64,000 bases of DNA, from the sequence record PV472050.1. One strand, written 5' to 3'. Both the position numbers and the translations under genes were made by a program. The notes below the pieces were generated by a model. That model was not told the DNA's origin. It was given only the letters and a program-made list of their open reading frames with translations, and ran no database searches. The first letter of the stretch is position 1. Each line of letters starts with the position of its first letter. Positions 9,209 to 18,668 of the stretch are shown one piece after another.

Positions 9209-9892
9209 TCAGTTCAACACAAACAAAGGACCCGGAACGGGAGGGAGTTCCTCTGCGGTGGTGGCTTCTTCGGCTCTATCCATAAGGGACCATATCGTTT
9301 CCAGTCCCTCTTGGATACGGGACGTCACTTCGTTGGACAAGTCAATGGTTTCTTGAGCGGTCAGGGAAAGTGTTACACCTTCCTTGGTACGAATAGAAGC
9401 GGAGAAGGGTTTCTCCTCGCGCAATGCTTCTTTCGCCTGGATACTCAAGGCCGTCAAATGGATTCGGTGGGTGGATTCGATCAAGAGGGTGTGGACCGTC
9501 TCCCCGAATCGCACTTCCATGCCTGTGTAGAAAGCCGCCGCAATCACATTCTGGATTTCATTCTTACGAATGTCCTTAGCGGATCGGAGGCGTTCTGCGA
9601 CTTCCTCAGGGGTAAAGTCCCGAGTGGTCCACTGCTGGGTCCAATACCCGTCAATCTGTTTAGGGGGGAGTTCAACCGGTACATCCCCGGCGGGTGGCTG
9701 GGTCAATTGAACGACAGCCATCAGGAAGGGTTCTCCTTCCAAAGCACTGGCTTGTAGTTTACTGGGAATGGGCCAGTCAGGGAACTTCTTCCGAACATCC
9801 TCAATGTAAAGAGGATATTCCCCCGTACGCGTGTCAATCAAGGCGGTGCTTTCATACACCACAGTTACCCTATCCATACTCATTCTCCTCAT
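9209..9892 (-). CDS. Putative tail-fibre assembly/chaperone protein (DUF4376-like)
   Basis: P..IDG.W.QQW motif followed by a helical C-terminus typical of fibre-assembly proteins; sits in the fibre cluster. Confidence 0.55.
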   Translation of the reverse strand: MRRMSMDRVTVVYESTALIDTRTGEYPLYIEDVRKKFPDWPIPSKLQASALEGEPFLMAVVQLTQPPAGDVPVELPPKQIDGYWTQQWTTRDFTPEEVAERLRSAKDIRKNEIQNVIAAAFYTGMEVRFGETVHTLLIESTHRIHLTALSIQAKEALREEKPFSASIRTKEGVTLSLTAQETIDLSNEVTSRIQEGLETIWSLMDRAEEATTAEELPPVPGPLFVLN

Positions 9893-11394
9893 TACGTGAT
9901 TTTAATCCGATACCCTTGGGAACCGCCAAAGAGGTAGAGGGCTTGGTTGTAGTTCACCCCCCACGCACTCGTAGCAACACCCGAGCCCAAACTTCCCAAT
10001 AGCACCCACTTGTTCAACCGAGGTTCAAAATACTGAATCGGTTGATCATTAACACTCCCCGCAATCGCGTAGAGTTCTCCATTGTTCCCCAGTACAAAGG
10101 CTGCACCAACTGGGATACCAGGAAGAGTCACCGTTGTCCAGGTGTTCGTAGCCGGGTTATACTGGTACATCCCAGGGTTGTTCGCCCCCGCCACTACCCC
10201 ACCAATAACACTCACCTTCCCTTGGTAAACCATTACCGTAAAGTCAGAACAATCTCCACTCTCAGCGAAGGCCTTAAGGACAGTGTGGGTATTGGCAACA
10301 GGATCGTACGCAATCAAGAAGCCTTTATTCGTGGTGGGTGTTCCTGACTGTACCCCGCAGATGTACACCTTCCCATTGAGATAAACCGCTCCACCTGTCA
10401 GCGGAGTCAGGGGCATATTAGGTAAACGGGTAACGATGTTCGTAGTGGGATTATACCCGTACGCATCATTCGCAGCGCCTCCTAGGAAGTAAAGAACATC
10501 CTTACCATCAGAAACCAGGATGGAGTTCTTCCGGGGGGGATTGGTAGGCCCTGTTGGACTCAGGGTTTCAAGTACCCGGGTTTCAAAGTTAACCCGACGG
10601 AACTCTTTGGTAGCGGTCTCTACCCCACCGTAGTAGTAAATATGGTTTCCATGGACACATCCCCGTCCGGTATTGAATAACAATGAACCCGGCCAGTTAT
10701 CCATCGCTTCACTCTGACCTTCAATAAACGGGTACGTCCCCTTGGCATACAGAATAGGTCGCCATCCCTGGGTAGGGACTTCAGAATCACTGGCAGAGTA
10801 CGTGACATTCCTAATGGTGTACCACCCTCGATACGCTTGAGTGGTACCGGGTTCATTACCCGTAATGTCTTTACCCCAGTTGGTATTCCCGTCAGTATTC
10901 CCACCACTGGCCGCTTGATTCATCCCCAGTTCTGCATCCGTGAACCGAGTGGGCCAGTTGAATCCATTGGGATCTGATACATGGACGTTATACAACAACC
11001 GGTCCCATTCAGACGTTGCCGTATTGCCATCACTCCCCATGGTCAAGAGACCCACGGTGTAAATAACCCCTCGGTACCGGAGCTCATAGCTCCCTGTCCG
11101 TAGACCGGCTTGGGTCAACAGAATACGCCGAACATTATTCCGGATCGGCATTTGAGGAATGTAACAGGTTTCATTGTGGTTCGAAAACTTCAACCACGGT
11201 TTGCCTTCATTGATCACTTTACCAAAGGCAATCCCAGTGAGTTTCGCTAAATCCTCGTAACCAAACAATTCCGTTGCAGGAGTGATCCCGTACCATCCTT
11301 GGGCAAGACTACCTGCTTTCAGTTTAGAAGGCCCCGGATAAGGATCGTCCGGAAAGGCATTCGCGGTCGATGTAAAGAGTAACGCTTCTATCAT
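9892..11394 (-). CDS. Virion structural protein (phiKZ-family tail paralogue N-terminus) with C-terminal Kelch repeats
   Basis: N-terminal MIEALL...PGP..L..G....GWYG...WLKF...YIP..PIR pattern recalled from phiKZ-type tail paralogue families; C-terminal GG/YDP..N.W Kelch units. Confidence 0.75.
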   Translation of the reverse strand: MIEALLFTSTANAFPDDPYPGPSKLKAGSLAQGWYGITPATELFGYEDLAKLTGIAFGKVINEGKPWLKFSNHNETCYIPQMPIRNNVRRILLTQAGLRTGSYELRYRGVIYTVGLLTMGSDGNTATSEWDRLLYNVHVSDPNGFNWPTRFTDAELGMNQAASGGNTDGNTNWGKDITGNEPGTTQAYRGWYTIRNVTYSASDSEVPTQGWRPILYAKGTYPFIEGQSEAMDNWPGSLLFNTGRGCVHGNHIYYYGGVETATKEFRRVNFETRVLETLSPTGPTNPPRKNSILVSDGKDVLYFLGGAANDAYGYNPTTNIVTRLPNMPLTPLTGGAVYLNGKVYICGVQSGTPTTNKGFLIAYDPVANTHTVLKAFAESGDCSDFTVMVYQGKVSVIGGVVAGANNPGMYQYNPATNTWTTVTLPGIPVGAAFVLGNNGELYAIAGSVNDQPIQYFEPRLNKWVLLGSLGSGVATSAWGVNYNQALYLFGGSQGYRIKIT

Positions 11395-11458
11395 GATGAC
11401 TTATACCCCAAAAAGAATACCAGGGAGACCCCGTAGAGCCCCCCTGGTAGTCATACTG

Positions 11459-14400
11459 TTAAGGAACAACAGCCCCCAACGCACCAATCCATTTGGTTCC
11501 ATTCCAGGTAAAGACGTAGACCAGTTCAGATCCACTGACGGATGGGGGAGTTCCGTTATGCCACACCAAGGGTGTTGCATCCTTACCAGCGAAGGTCACA
11601 ACACCCGCTCCGCCGGTGACATTAACCGTCAGGACCATCCCACGTACCGGGGCTTTAGGTCCATCAGCAATCACCATTTGCTTACCCCCCGCCGCGGTGT
11701 TATTGATCTGGATGTACTGATCCACCAACGGATTGATTTCCCCACTGGTCGTAAAGACCTTAATCGGCAAATCATAGCGGTCAAAGGTGAGATCCAACTC
11801 CTTCCATTCAGGAATATCCGTACCGGCACGGAAGACCCGAACGTACTGTTTACCATCCTTGGCTTGGAGGTCTTCAATACCCTTCGGAAACTCAATAGCT
11901 TTCCATTCGGTACCGTCACCTTCTGCATTGACAGCCTGGGCGTAATACGACCCTGGAACCGCATTCGGTACGGGACCAATAGGGAGGGGTACCCAACGGT
12001 TACCCAACCGAACAACTCGGCCTTCAGACTCCATGGGGGAATTGACATCACCTGCCACCAAACGTCCCCACAGGACCCAACCCCGATCAACGGTCTTGTA
12101 GAAGACGTTGAAGGTCTCAGAGACTGCCCAGTCACCGACTCGACCACTGAAGGCATCCGATGGTGCGTCTACACCCGGCGGCAACGTAAGCCACCGGCTG
12201 CCTTGCTCACCCTGAATACCGGGTTTCCCTTGAGGTCCGGGAGGGCCGTCACCCCCGGTCTTCCCGGTTTGACCGCGCCATTCACCGGTTTCACGCCAGG
12301 CGTTAGTCGACGTACTCCAGATGGCTAGGGTGTTGGACTCCGCCAGGTAATACGCATCCCCCGCAACCCCCGCAGGAATAGCCGCTTGTAAAGCTGCCAG
12401 GTTCGCATAATCCCCTTTAATGGGTACCGTAGGACCTTCGGGGCCTTGTTCACCCCGTTCCCCGTTCTTACCCGGTTCACCCCGGAAATCAAACCCAGGA
12501 CTCCACTCGCCCTCATCATTCACGAAATACGTTAAATGATTCTCCAGAACGAGGATGGCATCACCTTGCTTATAACCACCTGACGCAGGCAGTTCCGCCA
12601 AGGTGGGTACCACGTCCACCATGTTCAACCCAGCACCGGGAGCGCCATCACTCCCTGGCATGGACACCGGACCCACGTTATCCCAACGAGTTCCGGTATT
12701 CACCCAGAGGTCTTTATTTAGGTCAACGTAGGCTTTACCTTGAGTTTCCTCGTTAATCGGAGGAGGATCTGCATCCGCAGGTGTCAGGACTTTAATGATG
12801 TCCAAGGACTTACCATTCAGGCCATCCTTACCGTCCTCACCATCCTTCCCTTTAAAGACACCCAGATTCGCCCATGCATTCGAAATGAATCCATAGATCG
12901 CGTTTTCATCACGAACAGCATAGACCCATTGATCTTCAGGATTCGCAGGAAGATCCGCTACTGTGTCAACCACACCCCGAAGAACAATGTTGGTGCCGTC
13001 ACGACCATGGAGGCTGGCTAGGAACTCCTCTTCACTCCCAGTATTCCCTTTGGAAATCCAGAGTTCATACGTGGACTGACCATCGATACCGTCTTTCCCT
13101 TTAAAGGGACCCAGGTCCAACCAGGTCGAACTCGCTGCACTCCATACGTACAACCGAAGGGTGTCTCGTGTCACATACCCATCTTGGTTAGCCGGAGGGT
13201 TGGGTAGGTTGTCCAGATCAGCACGGGTCCCTACAGTCCCCAAGACATTCAAGTTCTCACCGGGTTCGCCTTTCATGGCCGCCCAGTAATCATCTTCCGT
13301 CTTACCTTGGTTCTCGGGTTTATTCAACCAGACCTGAACACTATTCAGACCACCCGGTCCTACATCACCCTTATCCCCTTTAAACCCCCCCAGCTTCCGC
13401 CATGCGCTGTTCAGGTAGATGTACAGGGTATTCTCATCCTGAACCGAATAAACATCCTGTTCTACACCGGGGTTGGGGAGGTCATCTATGGTCGCTACGG
13501 TGTCTTTAACGATCAAATTACGACCGTCAACACCGTTTCTACCATCTTCTCCCTTGAATTTACCCAGAATTACCCAGTTATTCTCAATCCACATACGGAC
13601 TGTATTGTCCGCGCGAACCGACCAGGCATCCTGTTCAGCCGCGTTACTCGGGAGTTCACTGGCCAGGTCTACCGCCCCTTTCACCACGATACTCTTACCG
13701 TCGGTACCGTCCTTACCGTCCTTGCCCTTATACTGACCGACATCAACCCAATCCGTACGGTCTGCAATGTAGATCCACAGGTGGCCCGTATCCAACGTCA
13801 CCCAGCCATGTTGATCAACCGGGTCTTTAGCATTCAGCGCATTACGGTCAGCCACAGTTCCCTGTACCTGAAGGTTAGCCCCGCGTTCACCCCGAATGGC
13901 TTCCTGCCACTGTGTAATGGTTTTGTTCTCGTTACCGGGAATCTTCTTCCAGGTTTCGAACGCATCATCTCCCTGAGGGCCTTTATCGCCCCGTTGGGAA
14001 TCCAGGAACTCCTGAAGAGTCTTTTCTTCATTCCCAGGAATCTCTTTCCACAGCTCGAAGGTACTCTTGCCGTCAGGACCTCGAATATTCAAACTTTCCC
14101 AGACAAACTCACCCGCTGTTTTACCCGGAACCAGGACATGGATATCATTCCGCCACAGGTAGGCATCCCCGGGTTTATTTCCTTCAGGCAGAGGGAGATC
14201 GAGGTTGTCGGGCCAAACACCCAACAGGTTAATCCCCCGTTCCCCTTGCAAGGAACCCGAAGACGCCCATTCGGTGCCGTTCCATACCCTTAGGGCAAAG
14301 TTAACGAAGTAGGCCGTACCGATCGGAAGCCCTTGGGTATCAATAGCCTCCAGTTCAGCTTCCGAATTGAGCTTACCTTTAAGAACAACCCCTTGAGTTG

Positions 14401-14599
14401 AGAGGGATTCTAGACTCTCCTTCAGCCACCGGGTACGCGCATCCAGCACACGCGCTTGGAAGTTAGCCGCGCCCTCGCCATTGTCTCCCCCACGAACCCG
14501 TACGTCAGTCACCAGAGCCGGAAGGTGTTCTTCCCATCGAGACTCCTCGACGATTGCTGGTAATTCACCCGGCGTTACTGTTTCATCACCAATAGCCAT
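11459..14599 (-). CDS. Tail fibre with collagen-like G-X-Y linkers and about 10 repeated modules (1046 aa)
   Basis: ANFQARVLDARTRWLKE anchor; repeated GKDG/GPQG triplets between 45-55 aa modules ending W..LG.FKG. Confidence 0.9.
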   Translation of the reverse strand: MAIGDETVTPGELPAIVEESRWEEHLPALVTDVRVRGGDNGEGAANFQARVLDARTRWLKESLESLSTQGVVLKGKLNSEAELEAIDTQGLPIGTAYFVNFALRVWNGTEWASSGSLQGERGINLLGVWPDNLDLPLPEGNKPGDAYLWRNDIHVLVPGKTAGEFVWESLNIRGPDGKSTFELWKEIPGNEEKTLQEFLDSQRGDKGPQGDDAFETWKKIPGNENKTITQWQEAIRGERGANLQVQGTVADRNALNAKDPVDQHGWVTLDTGHLWIYIADRTDWVDVGQYKGKDGKDGTDGKSIVVKGAVDLASELPSNAAEQDAWSVRADNTVRMWIENNWVILGKFKGEDGRNGVDGRNLIVKDTVATIDDLPNPGVEQDVYSVQDENTLYIYLNSAWRKLGGFKGDKGDVGPGGLNSVQVWLNKPENQGKTEDDYWAAMKGEPGENLNVLGTVGTRADLDNLPNPPANQDGYVTRDTLRLYVWSAASSTWLDLGPFKGKDGIDGQSTYELWISKGNTGSEEEFLASLHGRDGTNIVLRGVVDTVADLPANPEDQWVYAVRDENAIYGFISNAWANLGVFKGKDGEDGKDGLNGKSLDIIKVLTPADADPPPINEETQGKAYVDLNKDLWVNTGTRWDNVGPVSMPGSDGAPGAGLNMVDVVPTLAELPASGGYKQGDAILVLENHLTYFVNDEGEWSPGFDFRGEPGKNGERGEQGPEGPTVPIKGDYANLAALQAAIPAGVAGDAYYLAESNTLAIWSTSTNAWRETGEWRGQTGKTGGDGPPGPQGKPGIQGEQGSRWLTLPPGVDAPSDAFSGRVGDWAVSETFNVFYKTVDRGWVLWGRLVAGDVNSPMESEGRVVRLGNRWVPLPIGPVPNAVPGSYYAQAVNAEGDGTEWKAIEFPKGIEDLQAKDGKQYVRVFRAGTDIPEWKELDLTFDRYDLPIKVFTTSGEINPLVDQYIQINNTAAGGKQMVIADGPKAPVRGMVLTVNVTGGAGVVTFAGKDATPLVWHNGTPPSVSGSELVYVFTWNGTKWIGALGAVVP

Positions 14600-14616
14600 T
14601 TAAGAAATTCCTCTGA

Positions 14617-16059
14617 TTAAGGGGTAAAAACAAGATGGGTATTCAATTGACCCACCCGCACCGTGGTCGTTTGAGCGACCCCTTTCTTCAACACAATCAC
14701 GACCCGGAGTTTCAAGGTCTTAGGCGCGCCGGCCAATTCAAGAATTTGGGTATCGAAGATCCCCGAGAGATCCCCTTGACGAAGAGGGTGGTTCAGTTCA
14801 GTGTTCTGACCCGAGCGCACAGTTTGGACTTGATCGTTCTGGTAGGTTACTTCCAGTTCCAACCCTACTTGCAAGACTGCTTCCGCATCGGTTTGAATCG
14901 CCCAACGACCCTGAGCTACCAGTTTCATCCCTACGGTCAGGTTTGTAATAGGGAGATCCTGTTCCATTCCCAAGGTCGGTTGATTACCGGTAGGCGTGCC
15001 CGTAAAGGACATCACCTGGTATTCACCCCCTGAAGGGTTGGCTTCCTTGGTAATAGCGACGGTCAAACCGGTCAGTTGATTACCCCCAATACCGGTATTC
15101 GAGGCGATCTCAACCGTGGTAATGGTAGCACCTCCCGAATTTCCAGCACTACCATCATTACCAGTCAGCAAAGGGTTAGGGTTAATGCTCCCGAAGAAGT
15201 GAGCGGTCTCCGGCGGTGTCGTGCTGAACGGAATGTAACTGGTCGGTAAGGTAATGGTATTCTTGAACAGCTTGCTCACCGCAGCGGCAACATGGTTACC
15301 GATGATCTCGGCTCCTTTGGGACTTGGGTGTACACCGTCCCCCAGCATGCCTGCCAGCGGCTTATTGACATTACCCGGCTCTACCATGTCATCCCAGGGG
15401 TTAACCACCACAATGCCCCGTTTAGGCAGCTCAGAGAGCATCCACTGGTGCACTTGGTAATGAATAGCCAATTGTTCATCACTGAGCCCAATAGCGGCTT
15501 GTTCTACCGGGGTTTCAGCGATCACAATGACCGTCTTACCATTGCCCAGCAATGTGGCGTAAATCTCGGAGAGGTTATTAATCGTTTCATTGAACGTCTG
15601 GTTGTGCAGACGGTCGTTCCCCGAACCCAAATGGATAATGACATCGAACTTATCCAGGGAAGCCAGGAGTTGAGGAAGACGTTGGGCTTGTTGGGAGGTA
15701 GTATTCCCATCGACACCGGCGTTCATGGCATCCGGGAAGGCTACGACCCCCTCGGTCTTCGCACTGGTCCAGAAGGCCAGACCAACGTTACCTTTCACAC
15801 ACTGGTAAGCCCTGCTGTCACCGTACACCACGATATTGCGGTTAAACGGCAACCGGTCATTACTTACCGCATTGACTTTGGTGGTCAGGGTATTCACTTC
15901 TTCTTTCAAATAACGGGTACGAGCGTCCAGCACGCGCGCTTGCTTGTTCGCATTGCCGGTGCCTTCTTCGGTGGCTTCAACCTTGTCATCCGGCATCAGA
16001 GCCAGCAAAGGTTCAACCCATCCCGGTTGTTCATTAATCACTACGGGATTGTCAGCCAT
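14617..16059 (-). CDS. Tail-associated SGNH/GDSL hydrolase (esterase) with fibre-type N-terminal anchor
   Basis: SGNH blocks YGDS, GVDGNT, GSGND, DGVHP; N-terminus ANKQARVLDARTRYLKE shared with the adjacent fibre. Confidence 0.85.
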   Translation of the reverse strand: MADNPVVINEQPGWVEPLLALMPDDKVEATEEGTGNANKQARVLDARTRYLKEEVNTLTTKVNAVSNDRLPFNRNIVVYGDSRAYQCVKGNVGLAFWTSAKTEGVVAFPDAMNAGVDGNTTSQQAQRLPQLLASLDKFDVIIHLGSGNDRLHNQTFNETINNLSEIYATLLGNGKTVIVIAETPVEQAAIGLSDEQLAIHYQVHQWMLSELPKRGIVVVNPWDDMVEPGNVNKPLAGMLGDGVHPSPKGAEIIGNHVAAAVSKLFKNTITLPTSYIPFSTTPPETAHFFGSINPNPLLTGNDGSAGNSGGATITTVEIASNTGIGGNQLTGLTVAITKEANPSGGEYQVMSFTGTPTGNQPTLGMEQDLPITNLTVGMKLVAQGRWAIQTDAEAVLQVGLELEVTYQNDQVQTVRSGQNTELNHPLRQGDLSGIFDTQILELAGAPKTLKLRVVIVLKKGVAQTTTVRVGQLNTHLVFTP

Positions 16060-16074
16060 GGGAATAAGTCCTGT

Positions 16075-16668
16075 TTAATACGTGAGGGTGCCGTCGTAAC
16101 GGAATTGTCCGTTAAAACGAGGAATGGCGTCGTAATGGCTTTCTACGACAGCCAGGGTACCGGTAACGGTGTTGGAGTCAATGGTAGCCTGAGTGAACTC
16201 CCCGTCGAGGGTAATTTCATCATCCGTCAAGTCGTAGTAGCATTTGGCTTTGATCAGGGTTTTAATGTGTTCAGGGTTACGACTCCCTTTGAACACCAAT
16301 ACCGCTCCTTCAATGATATCCTCGTCTCGTTTGACTTGGTAAATACCTTCCACTCCCTGGGTTTGTAAAACGTCCCAATCAACCGGATCGGGGGTTTCCA
16401 GCACGGAGACCTTATTCTTCACATAATCCGCTGGGAGGTACCGTTGGTTCTTACCGGTCAGTTTACCTTCGGAATCGATGTTGACCACCCGAGCGAATTC
16501 ACCACCTTCTACCTCTACTTTCCTGAGGTCAGAGAGGGTAGTGTTGTCCAGGGTGAGTTGTTCTAATACACTAACAATGTTCGGTTCATCGGAATAACGT
16601 TCTTTATTAAAAGCGATGAACCGTTCCAGAAACAGTAGATCGTTTGGAAAGACCATGGGCGTGTCCAC
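16075..16668 (-). CDS. Putative virion structural protein (197 aa), paralogue of 3758..4387
   Basis: N-terminal similarity to the 3758 ORF; heads the minus-strand tail cluster. Confidence 0.7.
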   Translation of the reverse strand: MDTPMVFPNDLLFLERFIAFNKERYSDEPNIVSVLEQLTLDNTTLSDLRKVEVEGGEFARVVNIDSEGKLTGKNQRYLPADYVKNKVSVLETPDPVDWDVLQTQGVEGIYQVKRDEDIIEGAVLVFKGSRNPEHIKTLIKAKCYYDLTDDEITLDGEFTQATIDSNTVTGTLAVVESHYDAIPRFNGQFRYDGTLTY

Positions 16669-16836
16669 AGAAGTAGATAGAGGGTTCGGTCATTAGACCA
16701 TAAAATTGGTAAATAAAATAGTACCCAAACCCATATTCTTCACTTACCTGGTTATTTAACTTGAGGTTCTTTTCAAACCTACATAATCAGGGTGAAGCAC
16801 AGACAGAGACCGTTTAACGGTCAAGGAGCCTTGTCA

Positions 16837-17013
16837 ATGAATACCCATCAGGCCAAACAGGGGTTAGCCCAGCGTGTTGAAACCCTGCGTCAAAAAGCTC
16901 GTCGTTATGCCCGTCAGGCGATGTGTTCCCTAGAACCGTCTTACCGGCAACATTACCGTCAACTGAGCTACGAAGCCAGCCGTATGGCAGATCGCCTTCA
17001 ACGTCAACTGTGA
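16837..17013 (+). CDS. Small basic hypothetical protein (58 aa)
   Basis: AAGGAG RBS before ATG 16837 within ORF 16792..17013. Confidence 0.6.
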   Translation: MNTHQAKQGLAQRVETLRQKARRYARQAMCSLEPSYRQHYRQLSYEASRMADRLQRQL

Positions 17014-17051
17014 TTGGTGTTTACCCCCCTTCCCCCACACACAGGTGTGAG

Positions 17052-17282
17052 ATGAGCAACGTTATCGATATGTTCAGCTGGCGGGACTCGAAGAATAAGC
17101 GTTCGAGTCAGTTCTCAGTGCTTCATCGTGAAATCGAAGCACTGTACGTCATTCAGAACCGCGCGCTTCAGGAGATCGCCTCAGCGGATACGGTCTTGGC
17201 GTATGAACAAGCTAAACTCTTCCTGATGGATGTCAGGATTGAAATCTACACCAAGACCATTGCGTTGAGTCAGTGTATCTAA
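17052..17282 (+). CDS. Small hypothetical protein (MSNVIDMFSWR...)
   Basis: AGGTG RBS before ATG 17052 within ORF 16923..17282. Confidence 0.6.
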   Translation: MSNVIDMFSWRDSKNKRSSQFSVLHREIEALYVIQNRALQEIASADTVLAYEQAKLFLMDVRIEIYTKTIALSQCI

Positions 17283-17312
17283 GGACATTTAACGTCCAGT
17301 GGTAATCAAGTC

Positions 17313-17320
17313 TATATTAC
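17313..17320 (+). promoter_or_regulatory. Putative early promoter TATATTAC
   Basis: Context CCAGTGGTAATCAAGTCTATATTACTTGGGTG, upstream of ORF 17360. Confidence 0.75.
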
Positions 17321-17359
17321 TTGGGTGATTAGGTACACAACATTCATTCCTTTTTAGAG

Positions 17360-17848
17360 GTGTACACCATGGCTAAACAGTCGAACTTCACCATCGCCAA
17401 CTACAACGCCGTCCTGGAAGCTGTTAAAGCCAACAACGGTTACGTGATCGACACCCACGGTGGTAGCCGTGGACCTTATCGTGCTGCTGGTATCGCCGCA
17501 CTGGTGAAGGGCGAAAGGGTTACCCCGGTGCTGCTGTGCCATGGTTCCTACTTCTGCCTGAACTCGCTGCACAAGGAAGCCGATGGTTCGGTGACCCTCT
17601 CCAGCTGGTCGGTCGGTGGTACCATCTTCACCCACCAACACGGTGGGCTGGAAGAAGCGATCCAAGCCTACAACAAGGAGCAATCCGAGTGGGCGTTGTC
17701 GGGTGGTCAACTGATGCATGTACGCATCTTCGACTACACCGACGAAACCGCACCTGTGTTCGGCGAGCCAGTTGATCTGGCAGGCGAAGTCGTGGGTGCG
17801 CTGGCAGCACAAGAGCCGATCGCCAAGGTCGACATCCCTGCTCAATAA
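17360..17848 (+). CDS. Early hypothetical protein (162 aa)
   Basis: GAGGTG RBS (GTG at 17360, or ATG 17369); strong C-ending codon bias; downstream of the early promoter. Confidence 0.75.
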   Translation: MYTMAKQSNFTIANYNAVLEAVKANNGYVIDTHGGSRGPYRAAGIAALVKGERVTPVLLCHGSYFCLNSLHKEADGSVTLSSWSVGGTIFTHQHGGLEEAIQAYNKEQSEWALSGGQLMHVRIFDYTDETAPVFGEPVDLAGEVVGALAAQEPIAKVDIPAQ

Positions 17849-17893
17849 CGAGCAGTTTTCTGTACGTAATCTGACTTCATTAGGAGCAATGCC

Positions 17894-18301
17894 ATGAGTA
17901 ATGTAATGCACGTTAGCACCATCGCCGGTCGTACCGCCCTGACGGTGATCACACCCGACGACCTGCCGGTTACCAACTGGATGGAAAATGTGCTTGCTGC
18001 ACAGATCCAGAAAGTGGTTGACGAAGGTAAGGGTTGGCCCAACGACGCCGAGTTCAAGGTGGAGGTTACCTACCACACTTGGCCACAGGGTTGGGACCGG
18101 GAAGTGTACACGCACTTCTTTACCAACCGCGCCGAGCTGGACTCCTACATCAAGGACCAGCACGAGTGGGCCCGTTGTGAGGACAACATGGTGAAGATCA
18201 AGATCTACAACTGGGACCTCGGTCCGAACTTCATGGAAACTCGTGAGTTCGGTGGTCCTGAGTTGTGGAACAGCCCTCTGAGCCGTCCTTACTTGACGTA
18301 A
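17894..18301 (+). CDS. Early hypothetical protein (135 aa)
   Basis: TAGGAG RBS, codon bias, followed by a terminator. Confidence 0.75.
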   Translation: MSNVMHVSTIAGRTALTVITPDDLPVTNWMENVLAAQIQKVVDEGKGWPNDAEFKVEVTYHTWPQGWDREVYTHFFTNRAELDSYIKDQHEWARCEDNMVKIKIYNWDLGPNFMETREFGGPELWNSPLSRPYLT

Positions 18302-18309
18302 GGCTAGCG

Positions 18310-18355
18310 CTACCTCCCTGCCACTGGCAGGGAGGTAGTACTCCTTTTATTTTTT
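18310..18355 (+). terminator. Rho-independent terminator
   Basis: Stem CTACCTCCCTGCC/GGCAGGGAGGTAG with a T tract. Confidence 0.8.
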
Positions 18356-18601
18356 GCTTCATTTCCATTTTTATAGTTCACTCAACACAACGAGCAAAGT
18401 AATGCCTGACACTAACAACGGTCCTGTGGAAATAAAGATGGAACGTGTGCAGTTCAAAAGAATAAAAGTAAGGGGTCTTCGTAAATTCTGGTTACTCATC
18501 AAACGCTTACTGAGTAAGGACACCGATTATAAGAACACTTGACGAACGCATGGCTAAGTCAATGGAACTAAGGGTAATTAACTTCCAGTTGTAATCAGGT
18601 C

Positions 18602-18609
18602 TATATTAC
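18602..18609 (+). promoter_or_regulatory. Putative early promoter TATATTAC
   Basis: Context CCAGTTGTAATCAGGTCTATATTAC, upstream of the Arc/AmrZ-like gene. Confidence 0.75.
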
Positions 18610-18668
18610 CTTTGTGTATATTAAGGCGTGGTTGCCTTCCTATTTTTAAGACTGAATAAACACAAAGG

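Noticed and set aside
11459-14599. Periodic repeats considered as a CRISPR array or a DGR template/variable repeat pair
   Set aside because: Repeats are protein-level and diverged in DNA; there are no identical direct repeats with spacers, no adenine-specific variant copy and no reverse transcriptase in the window.
18354-18542. 62-aa ORF after the terminator
   Set aside because: The start lies in the terminator T tract and downstream ATGs lack a clear RBS; it may be a small gene, but support is insufficient.
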